This document shows, in pieces, positions 15,001 through 30,000 of a DNA stretch of 64,000 nucleotides. The first letter of the stretch is position 1; the number at the start of each line of letters is the position of its first letter. The stretch is taken from NCBI GenBank assembly GCA_964016885.1, contig OZ024741.1, positions 374,108,001 through 374,172,000 on the forward strand. Direction: 5' to 3'. The position numbers and the translations under genes are program-made. The DNA is from Eledone cirrhosa (taxonomy: Eukaryota). The notes beneath the pieces are model-generated. The model saw nothing but the letters and a program-made list of their open reading frames with translations, did no database searches and had not been told where the DNA came from.

Positions 15001-18000
15001 CTGAGAAGACAGTGAAGACAATGAGGACCTTGCCTAGTGACAACTACATGTGACAACTGAGAAGACAGTGAAGACAATGAGGACCTTGCCTAGTGACAAC
15101 TACATGTGACAACTGAGAAGACAGTGAGGACAATGAGGACCTTGCCTAGTGACAACTACATGTGACAACTGAGAGGACAGTGAGGACAATGAGGACCTTG
15201 CCTAGTGACAACTACATGTGACAACTGAGAGGACAGTGAGGACAATGAGGACCTTGCCTAGTGACAACTACATGTGACAACTGAGAAGACAGTGAGGACA
15301 ATGAGGTCCTTTCCTAGTGACAACTACATGTGACAACTGAGAAGACAGTGAGGACAATGAGGACCTTGCCTAGTGACAACTACATGTGACAACTGAGAGG
15401 ACAGTGAGGACAATGAGAACCTTGCCTAGTGACAACTACATGTGACAATTGAAAAGACAGTGAGGACAATGAGAACCTTGCCTAGTGACAACTACATGTG
15501 ACAACTGAGAGGACAGTGGGGACAATGAGGACCTTGCCTAGTGACAACTACATGTGACAAGTGAGAAGACAGTGAGGACAATGAGGACCTTGCCTAGTGA
15601 CAACTACATGTGACAACTGAGAAGACAGTGAGGAGAATGAGGACCTTGCCTAGTGACAACTACATGTGACAACTGAGAAGACAGTGAGGACAATGAGGAC
15701 CTTGCCTAGTGACAAATACATGTGACAACTGAGAAGACAGTGAAGACAATGAGGACCTTACCTAGTGACAACTACATGTGACAACTGAGAAGACAGTGAG
15801 GACAATGAGGACCTTGCCTAGTGACAACTACATGTGACAACTGAGAGGACAGTGAGGACAATGAGGACCTTGCCTAGTGACAACTACATGTGACAACTAC
15901 ATGTGACAACTGAGAAGACAGTGAGGACAATGAGGACCTTGCCTAGTGACAACTACATGAGACAATTGAGAAGACAGTGAGGACAATGAGGACCTTGCCT
16001 AGTAACAACTACATGTGACAACTATATGTGACAACTGAGAAGACAGTGAAGACAATGAGGACCTTGCCTAGTGACAACTACATGTGACAACTACATGTGA
16101 CAACTGAGAAGACAGTGAGGACAATGAGGACCTTGCCTAGTGACAACTACATGTGACAACTGAGAAGACAGTGAGGACAATGAGGACCTTGCCTAGTGAC
16201 AACTACATGTGACAATTGAGAAGACAGTGAGGAGAATGAGGACCTTGCCTAGTGACAACTACATGTGACAACTGAGAAGACAGTGAGGACAATGAGGACC
16301 TTGCCTAGTGACAACTACATGTGACAACTGAGAAGACAGTGAAGATAATGAGGACCTTGCCTAGTGACAACTACATGTGACAACTGAGAGGACAGAGGGG
16401 ACAATGAGGACCTTGCCTAGTGACAACTACATGTGACAACTGAGAAGACAGTGAAGACAATGAGGACCTTGCCTAGTGACAACTACATGTGACAACTGAG
16501 AAGACAGTGAAGACAATGAGGACCTTGCCTAGTGACAACTACATGTGACAACTGAGAAGACAGTGAGGACAATGAGGACCTTGCCTAGTGACAACTACAT
16601 GTGACAACTGAGAGGACAGTGAGGACAATGAGGACCTTGCCTAGTGACAACTACATGTGACAACTGAGAAGACAGTGAGGACAATGAGGACCTTGCCTAG
16701 TGACGACTACATGTGACAACTGAGAAGACAGTGAGGATAATGAGGACCTTGCCTAGTGACAACTACATGTGATGACAACTGAGAAGACAGTGAGGACAAT
16801 GAGGACCTTGCCTAGTGACAACTACATGTGATGACAACTGAGAAGACAGTGAAGACAATGAGGACCTTGCCTAGTGACAACTACATCTGACAACTGAGAA
16901 GACAGTGAAGACAATGAGGACCTTGCCTAGTGACAACTACATGTGACAACTGAGAAGACAGTGAGGACAATGAGGACCTTGCCTAGTGACAACTACATGT
17001 GACAACTGAGAAGACAGTGAGGACAATGAGGACCTTGCCTAGTGACAACTACATCTGACAACTGAGAAGACAGTGAGGACAATGAGGACCTTGCCTAGTG
17101 ACATCTACATGTGACAACTGAGAAGACAGTGAAGACAATGAAGACCTTGCGTAGTGACAACTACATCTGACAACTGAGAGGACAGTGAGGACAATGAGGA
17201 CCTTGCCTAGTGACAACTACATGTGACAACTGAGAAGACAGTGAGGACAATGAGGACCTTGCCTAGTGACAACTACATGTGACAAGTGATAAGACAGTGA
17301 GGACAATGAGGACCTTGCCTAGTGACAACTACATGTGACAAGTGAGAAGACAGTGAGGACAATGAGGACCTTGCCTAGGGACAACTACATGTGACAACTG
17401 AGAAGACAGTGAGGACAATGAGGACCTTGCCTAGTGACAACTACATGTGACAACTGAGAAGACAGTGAAGACAATGAGGACCTTGCCTAGTGACAACTAC
17501 ATGTGACAACTGAGAAGACAGTGAGGACAATGAGGACCTTGCCTAGTGACAACTACATGTGACAAGTGAGAAGACGGTGAGGACAATGAGGACCTTGCCT
17601 AGTGACAACTACATGTGACAACTGAGAAGACAGTGAGGACAATGAGGACCTTGCCTAGTGACAACTACATGTGACAAGTGAGAAGACAGTGAGGACAATG
17701 AGGACCTTGCCTAGTGACAACTAGATGTTACAACTGAGAAGACAGTGAGGACAATGAGGACCTTGCCTAGTGACAACTACATGTGACAACTGAGAAGACA
17801 GTGAGGACAATGAGGACCTTGCCTAGTGACAACTACATGTGACAACTGAGAAGACAGTGAGGACAATGAGGACCTTGCCTAGTGACGACTACATGTGACA
17901 ACTGAGAAGACAGTGAGGACAATGAGGACCTTGCCTAGTGACAACTACATGTGACAAGTGAGAAGACAGTGAGGACAATGAGGACCTTGCCTAGTGACAA

Positions 18001-21000
18001 CTACATGTGACAACTGAGAAGACAGTGAGGACAATGAGGACCTTGCCTAGTGACAACTACATGTGACAACTGAGAAGACAGTGAGGACAATGAGGACCTT
18101 GCCTAGTGACAACTACATGTGACAACTGAGAGGACAGTGAGGACAGTGAGGACAGTGAGGACCTTGCCTAGTGACAACTACATGTGACAACTGAGAGGAC
18201 AGTGAGGACAATAAGGACCTTGCCTAGTGACAACTACATGTGACAACTGAGAGGACAGTGAGGACAATGAGGACCTTGCCTAGTGACACGTACATGTGAT
18301 GACAACTGAGAAGACAGTGAAGACAATGAGGGCCTTGCCTAGTGACAACTACATGTGACAACTGAGAGGACAGTGAGGACAATGAGGACCTTGCCTAGTG
18401 ACAACTACATGTGACAACTGAGAGGACAGTGAGGACAATGAGGACCTTGCCTAGTGACAACTACATGTGACAAGTGAGAAGACAGTGAGGACAATGAGGA
18501 CCTTGCCTAGTGACAACTACATGTGACAAGTGAGAAGACAGTGAGGACAATGAGGACCTTGCCTAGGGACAACTACATGTGACAACTGAGAAGACAGTGA
18601 GGACAATGAGGACCTTGCCTAGTGACAACTACATGTGACAACTGAGAAGACAGTGAAGACAATGAGGACCTTGCCTAGTGACAACTACATGTGACAACTG
18701 AGAAGACAGTGAGGACAATGAGGACCTTGCCTAGTGAAAACTACATGTGACAAGTGAGAAGACAGTGAGGATAATGAGGACCTTGCCTAGTGACAACTAC
18801 ATGTGACAACTGAGAAGACAGTGAGGAAAATGAGGACCTTGCCTAGTGACAACTACATGTGACAAGTGAGAAGACAGTGAGGACAATGAGGACCTTGCCT
18901 AGTGACAACTACATGTGACAACTGAGAAGACAGTGAGGACAATGAGGACCTTGCCTAGTGACAACTACATGTGACAACTGAGAAGACAGTGAGGACAATG
19001 AGGACCTTGCCTAGTGACAACTACATCTGACAACTGAGAAGACAGTGAAGACAATGAGGACCTTGCCTAGTGACAACTACATGTGACAACTGAGAAGACA
19101 GTGAGGACAATGAGGACCTTGCCTAGTGACAACTACATGTGACAAGTGAGAAGACAGTGAGGACAATGAGGACCTTGCCTAGTGACAATTACATGTGACA
19201 ACTGAGAAGACAGTGAGGACAATGAGGACCTTGCCTAGTGACAACTACATGTGACAAGTGAGAAGACAGTGAGGACAATGAGGACCTTGCCTAGTGACAA
19301 CTACATGTGACAACTGAGAAGACAGTGAGGACAATGAGGACCTTGCCTAGTGACAACTACATGTGACAACTGAGAGGACAATGAGGACAATGAGGACCTT
19401 GCCTAGTGACAACTACATGTGACAAGTGAGAAGACAGTGAGGACAATGAGGACCTTGCCTAGTGACAACTACATGTGACAACTGAGAGGACAGTGAGGAC
19501 AGTGAGGACCTTGCCTAGTGACAACTACATGTGACAACTGAGAGGACAGTGAGGACAATGAGGACCTTGCCTAGTGACAACTACATGTGACAACTGAGAG
19601 GACAGTGAGGACAATGAGGACCTTGCCTAGTGACACGTACATGTGATGACAACTGAGAAGACAGTGAAGACAATGAGGGCCTTGCCTAGTGACAACTACA
19701 TGTGACAACTGAGAGGACAGTGAGGACAATGAGGACCTTGCCTAGTGACAACTACATGTGACAACTGAGAAGACAGTGAGGACAATGAGGACCTTGCCTA
19801 GTGACAACTACATGTGACAAGTGATAAGACAGTGAGGACAATGAGGACCTTGCCTAGTGACAACTACATGTGACAAGTGAGAAGACAGTGAGGACAATGA
19901 GGACCTTGCCTAGGGACAACTACATGTGACAACTGAGAAGACAGTGAGGACAATGAGGACCTTGCCTAGTGACAACTACATGTGACAACTGAGAAGACAG
20001 TGAGGACAATGAGGACCTTGCCTAGGGACAACTACATGTGACAACTGAGAAGACAGTGAGGACAATGAGGACCTTGCCTAGTGACAACTACATGTGACAA
20101 CTGAGAAGACAGTGAAGACAATGAGGACCTTGCCTAGTGACAACTACATGTGACAACTGAGAAGACAGTGAGGACAATGAGGACCTTGCCTAGTGACAAC
20201 TACATGTGACAAGTGAGAAGACGGTGAGGACAATGAGGACCTTGCCTAGTGACAACTACATGTGACAACTGAGAAGACAGTGAGGACAATGAGGACCTTG
20301 CCTAGTGACAACTACATGTGACAAGTGAGAAGACAGTGAGGACAATGAGGACCTTGCCTAGTGACAACTAGATGTTACAACTGAGAAGACAGTGAGGACA
20401 ATGAGGACCTTGCCTAGTGACAACTACATGTGACAACTGAGAAGACAGTGAGGACAATGAGGACCTTGCCTAGTGACAACTACATGTGACAACTGAGAAG
20501 ACAGTGAGGACAATGAGGACCTTGCCTAGTGACGACTACATGTGACAACTGAGAAGACAGTGAGGACAATGAGGACCTTGCCTAGTGACAACTACATGTG
20601 ACAAGTGAGAAGACAGTGAGGACAATGAGGACCTTGCCTAGTGACAACTACATGTGACAACTGAGAAGACAGTGAGGACAATGAGGACCTTGCCTAGTGA
20701 CAACTACATGTGACAACTGAGAAGACAGTGAGGACAATGAGGACCTTGCCTAGTGACAACTACATGTGACAACTGAGAGGACAGTGAGGACAGTGAGGAC
20801 AGTGAGGACCTTGCCTAGTGACAACTACATGTGACAACTGAGAGGACAGTGAGGACAATAAGGACCTTGCCTAGTGACAACTACATGTGACAACTGAGAG
20901 GACAGTGAGGACAATGAGGACCTTGCCTAGTGACACGTACATGTGATGACAACTGAGAAGACAGTGAAGACAATGAGGGCCTTGCCTAGTGACAACTACA

Positions 21001-24000
21001 TGTGACAACTGAGAGGACAGTGAGGACAATGAGGACCTTGCCTAGTGACAACTACATGTGACAACTGAGAGGACAGTGAGGACAATGAGGACCTTGCCTA
21101 GTGACAACTACATGTGACAAGTGAGAAGACAGTGAGGACAATGAGGACCTTGCCTAGTGACAACTACATGTGACAAGTGAGAAGACAGTGAGGACAATGA
21201 GGACCTTGCCTAGGGACAACTACATGTGACAACTGAGAAGACAGTGAGGACAATGAGGACCTTGCCTAGTGACAACTACATGTGACAACTGAGAAGACAG
21301 TGAAGACAATGAGGACCTTGCCTAGTGACAACTACATGTGACAACTGAGAAGACAGTGAGGACAATGAGGACCTTGCCTAGTGAAAACTACATGTGACAA
21401 GTGAGAAGACAGTGAGGATAATGAGGACCTTGCCTAGTGACAACTACATGTGACAACTGAGAAGACAGTGAGGAAAATGAGGACCTTGCCTAGTGACAAC
21501 TACATGTGACAAGTGAGAAGACAGTGAGGACAATGAGGACCTTGCCTAGTGACAACTACATGTGACAACTGAGAAGACAGTGAGGACAATGAGGACCTTG
21601 CCTAGTGACAACTACATGTGACAACTGAGAAGACAGTGAGGACAATGAGGACCTTGCCTAGTGACAACTACATCTGACAACTGAGAAGACAGTGAAGACA
21701 ATGAGGACCTTGCCTAGTGACAACTACATGTGACAACTGAGAAGACAGTGAGGACAATGAGGACCTTGCCTAGTGACAACTACATGTGACAAGTGAGAAG
21801 ACAGTGAGGACAATGAGGACCTTGCCTAGTGACAATTACATGTGACAACTGAGAAGACAGTGAGGACAATGAGGACCTTGCCTAGTGACAACTACATGTG
21901 ACAAGTGAGAAGACAGTGAGGACAATGAGGACCTTGCCTAGTGACAACTACATGTGACAACTGAGAAGACAGTGAGGACAATGAGGACCTTGCCTAGTGA
22001 CAACTACATGTGACAACTGAGAGGACAATGAGGACAATGAGGACCTTGCCTAGTGACAACTACATGTGACAAGTGAGAAGACAGTGAGGACAATGAGGAC
22101 CTTGCCTAGTGACAACTACATGTGACAACTGAGAGGACAGTGAGGACAGTGAGGACCTTGCCTAGTGACAACTACATGTGACAACTGAGAGGACAGTGAG
22201 GACAATGAGGACCTTGCCTAGTGACAACTACATGTGACAACTGAGAGGACAGTGAGGACAATGAGGACCTTGCCTAGTGACACGTACATGTGATGACAAC
22301 TGAGAAGACAGTGAAGACAATGAGGGCCTTGCCTAGTGACAACTACATGTGACAACTGAGAGGACAGTGAGGACAATGAGGACCTTACCTAGTGACAACT
22401 ACATGTGACAACTGAGAGGACAGTGAGGACAATGAGGACCTTGCCTAGTGACACGTACATGTGATGACAACTGAGAAGACAGTGAAGACAATGAGGACCT
22501 TGCCTAGTGACAACTACATGTGACAACTGAGAGGACAGTGAGGACAATGAGGACCTTGCCTAGTGACAACTACATGTAACAAGTGAGAAGACAGTGAGGA
22601 CAATGAGGACCTTGCCTAGTGACAACTACATGTGATGACAACTGAGAAGACAGTGAAGACAATGAGGACCTTGCCTAGTGACAACTACATGTGACAACTG
22701 AGAAGACAGTGAAGACAATGAGGACCTTGCCTAGTGACAACTACATGTGACAACTGAGAAGACAGTGAGGACAATGAGGACCTTGCCTAGTGACAACTAC
22801 ATGTGACAACTGAGAGGACAGTGAGGACAATGAGGACCTTGCCTAGTGACAACTACATGTGACAACTGAGAGGACAGTGAGGACAATGAGGACCTTGCCT
22901 AGTGACAACTACATGTGACAACTGAGAAGACAGTGAGGACAATGAGGTCCTTTCCTAGTGACAACTACATGTGACAACTGAGAAGACAGTGAGGACAATG
23001 AGGACCTTGCCTAGTGACAACTACATGTGACAACTGAGAGGACAGTGAGTACAATGAGAACCTTGCCTAGTGACAACTACATGTGACAATTGAGAAGACA
23101 GTGAGGACAATGAGAACCTTGCCTAGTGACAACTACATGTGACAACTGAGAGGACAGTGGGGACAATGAGGACCTTGCCTAGTGACAACTACATGTGACA
23201 AGTGAGAAGACAGTGAGGACAATGAGGACCTTGCCTAGTGACAACTACATGTGACAACTGAGAAGACAGTGAGGAGAATGAGGACCTTGCCTAGTGACAA
23301 CTACATGTGACAACTGAGAAGACAGTGAGGACAATGAGGACCTTGCCTAGTGACAAATACATGTGACAACTGAGAAGACAGTGAAGACAATGAGGACCTT
23401 GCCTAGTGACAACTACATGTGACAACTGAGAAGACAGTGAGGACAATGAGGACCTTGCCTAGTGACAACTACATGTGACAACTGAGAGGACAGTGAGGAC
23501 AATGAGGACCTTGCCTAGTGACAACTACATGTGACAACTACATGTGACAACTGAGAAGACAGTGAGGACAATGAGGACCTTGCCTAGTGACAACTACATG
23601 TGACAATTGAGAAGACAGTGAGGACAATGAGGACCTTGCCTAGTGACAACTACATGTGACAACTATATGTGACAACTGAGAAGACAGTGAAGACAATGAG
23701 GACCTTGCCTAGTGACAACTACATGTGACAACTACATGTGACAACTGAGAAGACAGTGAGGACAATGAGGACCTTGCCTAGTGACAACTACATGTGACAA
23801 TTGAGAAGACAGTGAGGACAATGAGGACCTTGCCTAGTGACAACTACATGTGACAACTGAGAAGACAGTGAGGACAATGAGGACCTTGCCTAGTGACAAC
23901 TACATGTGACAATTGAGAAGACAGTGAGGAGAATGAGGACCTTGCCTAGTGACAACTACATGTGACAACTGAGAAGACAGTGAGGACAATGAGGACCTTG

Positions 24001-27000
24001 CCTAGTGACAACTACATGTGACAACTGAGAAGACAGTGAAGACAATGAGGACCTTGCCTAGTGACAACTACATGTGACAACTGAGAGGACAGAGGGGACA
24101 ATGAGGACCTTGCCTAGTGACAACTACATGTGACAACTGAGAAGACAGTGAAGACAATGAGGACCTTGCCTAGTGACAACTACATGTGACAACTGAGAAG
24201 ACAGTGAAGACAATGAGGACCTTGCCTAGTGACAACTACATGTGACAACTGAGAAGACAGTGAGGACAATGAGGACCTTGCCTAGTGACAACTACATGTG
24301 ACAACTGAGAGGACAGTGAGGCCAATGAGGACCTTGCCTAGTGACAACTACATGTGACAACTGAGAAGACAGTGAGGACAATGAGGACCTTGCCTAGTGA
24401 CGACTACATGTGACAACTGAGAAGACAGTGAGGATAATGAGGACCTTGCCTAGTGACAACTACATGTGATGACAACTGAGAAGACAGTGAGGACAATGAG
24501 AACCTTGCCTAGTGACAACTGCATGTGATGACAACTGAGAAGACAGTGAAGACAATGAGGACCTTGCCTAGTGACAACTACATCTGACAACTGAGAAGAC
24601 AGTGAAGACAATGAGGACCTTGCCTAGTGACAACTACATGTGACAACTGAGAAGACAGTGAGGACAATGAGGACCTTGCCTAGTGACAACTACATGTGAC
24701 AACTGAGAAGACAGTGAGGACAATGAGGACCTTGCCTAGTGACAACTACATCTGACAACTGAGAAGACAGTGAGGACAATGAGGACCTTGCCTAGTGACA
24801 TCTACATGTGACAACTGAGAAGACAGTGAAGACAATGAAGACCTTGCGTAGTGACAACTACATCTGACAACTGAGAGGACAGTGAGGACAATGAGGACCT
24901 TGCCTAGTGACAACTACATGTGACAACTGAGAAGACAGTGAGGACAATGAGGACCTTGCCTAGTGACAACTACATGTGACAAGTGATAAGACAGTGAGGA
25001 CAATGAGGACCTTGCCTAGTGACAACTACATGTGACAAGTGAGAAGACAGTGAGGACAATGAGGACCTTGCCTAGGGACAACTACATGTGACAACTGAGA
25101 AGACAGTGAGGACAATGAGGACCTTGCCTAGTGACAACTACATGTGACAACTGAGAAGACAGTGAAGACAATGAGGACCTTGCCTAGTGACAACTACATG
25201 TGACAACTGAGAAGACAGTGAGGACAATGAGGACCTTGCCTAGTGACAACTACATGTGACAAGTGAGAAGACAGTGAGGACAATGAGGACCTTGCCTAGT
25301 GACAACTACATGTGACAACTGAGAAGACAGTGAGGACAATGAGGACCTTGCCTAGTGACAACTACATGTGACAAGTGAGAAGACAGTGAGGACAATGAGG
25401 ACCTTGCCTAGTGACAACTACATGTGACAACTGAGAAGACAGTGAGGACAATGAGGACCTTGCCTAGTGACAACTACATCTGACAACTGAGAAGACAGTG
25501 AGGACAATGAGGACCTTGCCTAGTGACAACTACATGTGACAACTGAGAAGACAGTGAGGACAATGAGGACCTTGCCTAGTGACGACTACATGTGACAACT
25601 GAGAAGACAGTGAGGACAATGAGGACCTTGCCTAGTGACAACTACATGTGACAAGTGAGAAGACAGTGAGGACAATGGGGACCTTGCCTAGTGACAACTA
25701 CATGTGACAACTGAGAAGACAGTGAGGACAATGAGGACCTTGCCTAGTGACAACTACATGTGACAACTGAGAGGACAGTGAGGACAGTGAGGACAGTGAG
25801 GACCTTGCCTAGTGACAACTACATGTGACAACTGAGAGGACAGTGAGGACAATAAGGACCTTGCCTAGTGACAACTACATGTGACAACTGAGAGGACAGT
25901 GAGGACAATGAGGACCTTGCCTAGTGACACGTACATGTGATGACAACTGAGAAGACAGTGAAGACAATGAGGGCCTTGCCTAGTGACAACTACATGTGAC
26001 AACTGAGAGGACAGTGAGGACAATGAGGACCTTGCCTAGTGACAACTACATGTGACAACTGAGAGGACAGTGAGGACAATGAGGACCTTGCCTAGTGACA
26101 CGTACATGTGATGACAACTGAGAAGACAGTGAAGACAATGAGGACCTTGCCTAGTGACAACTACATGTGACAACTGAGAGGACAGTGAGGACAATGAGGA
26201 CCTTGCCTAGTGACAACTACATGTAACAAGTGAGAAGACAGTGAGGACAATGAGGACCTTGCCTAGTGACAACTACATGTGATGACAACTGAGAAGACAG
26301 TGAAGACAATGAGGACCTTGCCTAGTGACAACTACATGTGACAACTGAGAAGACAGTGAAGACAATGAGGACCTTGCCTAGTGACAACTACATGTGACAA
26401 CTGAGAAGACAGTGAGGACAATGAGGACCTTGCCTAGTGACAACTACATGTGACAACTGAGAGGACAGTGAGGACAATGAGGACCTTGCCTAGTGACAAC
26501 TACATGTGACAACTGAGAGGACAGTGAGGACAATGAGGACCGTGCCTAGTGACAACTACATGTGACAACTGAGAAGACAGTGAGGACAATGAGGTCCTTT
26601 CCTAGTGACAACTACATGTGACAACTGAGAAGACAGTGAGGACAATGAGGACCTTGCCTAGTGACAACTACATGTGACAACTGAGAGGACAGTGAGGACA
26701 ATGAGGACCTTGCCTAGTGACAACTACATGTGACAACTGAGAAGACAGTGAGGAAAATGAGGTCCTTTCCTAGTGACAACTACATGTGACAACTGAGAAG
26801 ACAGTGAGGACAATGAGGACCTTGCCTAGTGACAACTACATGTGACAACTGAGAAGACAGTGAAGTCAATGAGGAGCTTGCCTAGTGACAACTACATGTG
26901 ACAACTGAGAAGACAGTGAAGACAATGAGGACCTTGCCTAGTGACAACTACATGTGACAACTGAGAAGACAGTGAGGACAATGAGGACCTTGCCTAGTGA

Positions 27001-30000
27001 CAACTACATGTGACAACTGAGAGGACAGTGAGGACAATGAGGACCTTGCCTAGTGACAACTACATGTGACAACTGAGAGGACAGTGAGGACAATGAGGAC
27101 CTTGCCTAGTGACAACTACATGTGACAACTGAGAAGACAGTGAAGACAATGAGGACCTTGCCTAGTGACAACTACATGTGACAACTGAGAAGACAGTGAA
27201 GACAATGAGGACCTTGCCTAGTGACAACTACATGTGACAACTGAGAAGACAGTGAGGACAATGAGGACCTTACCTAGTGACAACTACATGTGACAACTGA
27301 GAAGACAGTGAGGACAATGAGGACCTTGCCTAGTGACATCTACATGTGACAACTGAGAAGACAGTGAGGACAATGAGGACCTTGCCTAGTGACATCTACA
27401 TGTGACAACTGAGAAGACAGTGAGGACAATGAGGACCTTGCCTAGTGACAACTACATGTGACAACTGAGAAGACAGTGAGGACAATGAGGACCTTGCCTA
27501 GTGACATCTACATGTGACAACTGAGAAGACAGTGAGGACAATGAGCACCTTGCCTAGTGACAACTACATGTGACAAGTGAGAAGACAGTGAGGACAATGA
27601 GGACCTTGCCTAGTGACAACTACATGTGACAATTGAGAGGACAGTGAGGACAATGAGGACCTTGCCTAGTGCAACTACATGTGACAACTGAGAAGACAGT
27701 GAAGTCAATGAGGACCTTGCCTAGTGACAACTACATCTGACAACTGAGAACACAGTGAGGACAATGAGGACCTTGCCTAGTGACAAATACATGTGACAAC
27801 TGAGAAGACAGTGAGGACAATGAGGACCTTGCCTAGTGACAACTACATGTGACAACTGAGAAGACAGTGAGGACAATGAGGACCTTGCCTAGTGACAACT
27901 ACATGTGACAACTGAGAAGACAGTGAAGACAATGAGGACCTTGCCTAGTGACAACTACATGTGACAACTGAGAAGACAGTGAGGACAATGAGGACCTTGC
28001 CTAGTGACAACTACATGTAACAAGTGAGAAGACAGTGAGGACAATGAGGACCTTGCCTAGTGACAACTACATGTGACAACTGAGAAGACAGTGAAGACAA
28101 CGAGGACCTTGCCTAGTGACAACTACATGTGACAACTGAGACGACAGTGAAGACAATGAGGACCTTGCCTAGTGTCAACTACATCTGACAACTGAGAAGA
28201 CAGTGAGGACAATGAGGACCTTGCCTAGTGACAACTACATGTGACAACTGAGAAGACAGTGAAGACAACGAGGACCTTGCCTAGTGACAACTACATGTGA
28301 CAACTGAGAGGACAGTGAGGACAATGAGGACCTTGCCTAGTGACAACTACATGTGACAACTGAGAAGACACTGAGGACAATGAGGACCTTGCCTAGTGAC
28401 AACTACATGTGACAACTGAGAAGACAGTGAAGACAACGAGGACCTTGCCTAGTGACAACTACATGTGACAACTGAGAAGACAGTGAAGACAATGAGGACC
28501 TTGCCTAGTGACAACTACATCTGACAACTGAGAAGACAGTGAGGACAATGAGGACCTTGCCTAGTGACAACTACATGTGACAACTGAGAAGACAGTGAAG
28601 ACAACGAGGACCTTGCCTAGTGACAACTACATGTGACAACTGAGAAGACAGTGAAGACAACGAGGACCTTGCCTAGTGACAACTACATGTGACAACTGAG
28701 AGGACAGTGAGGACAATGAGGACCTTGCCTAGTGACAACTACATGTTACAACTGAGAAGACAGTGAAGACAACGAGGACCTTGCCTAGTGACAACTACAT
28801 GTGACAACTGAGAAGACAGTGAGGACAATGAGGACCTTGCCTAGTGACAACTACATGTGACAACTGAGAAGACAGTGAGGACAATGAGGACCTTGCCTAG
28901 TGACAACTACATGTGACAACTGAGAGGACAGTGAGGACAATGAGGACCTTGCCTAGTGACAACTACATGCGACAACTGAGAAGACAGTGAGGACAATGAG
29001 GACCTTGCCTAGTGACAACTACATGTGACAACTGAGAGGACAGTGAGGACAATGAGGACCTTGCCTAGTGACAACTACATGTGACAACTGAGAGGACAGT
29101 GAGGACTATGAGGACCTTGCCTAGTGACAACTACATGTGACAACTGAGAAGACAGTGAGGACAATGAGGACCTTGCCTAGTGACAACTACATGTGACAAC
29201 TGAGAGGACAGTGAGGACAATGAGGACCTTGCCTAGTGACAACTACATGTGACAACTGAGAAGACAGTGAGGACAATGAGGACCTTGCCTAGTGACAACT
29301 ACATGTGACAACTGAGAAGACAGTGAGGACAATGAGGACCTTGCCTAGTGACAACTACATGTGACAACTGAGAGGACAGAGGGGACAATGAGGACCTTGC
29401 CTAGTGACAACTACATGTGACAACTGAGAAGACAGTGAGGACAATGAGGACCTTGCCTAGTGACAACTACATGTGACAACTGAGAACACAGTGAAGACAA
29501 TGAGGACCTTGCCTAGTGACAACTACATGTGACAACTGAGAAGACAGTGAAGACAATGAGGACCTTGCCTAGTGACAACTACATGTGACAACTGAGAGGA
29601 CAGTGAGGACAATGAGGACCTTGCCTAGTGACACGTACATGTGACAACTGAGAGGACAGTGAAGACAATGAGGACCTTGCCTAGTGACAACTACATGTGA
29701 AAACTGAGAGGACAGTGAAGACAATGAGGACCTTGCCTAGTGACAACTACATGTAACAACTGAGAAGACAGTGAGGACAATGAGGACCTTGCCTAGTGAC
29801 AACTACATGTGACAACTGAGTGGACAGTGAGGACAATGAGGACCTTGCCTAGTGACAACTCCATGTGACAACTGAGAGGACAGTGAGGACAATGAGGACC
29901 TTGCCTAGTGACAACTACATGTGACAACTGAGAGGACAGTGAGGACAATGAGGACCTTGCCTAGTGACAACTACATGTGACAACTGAGAAGACAGTGAAG

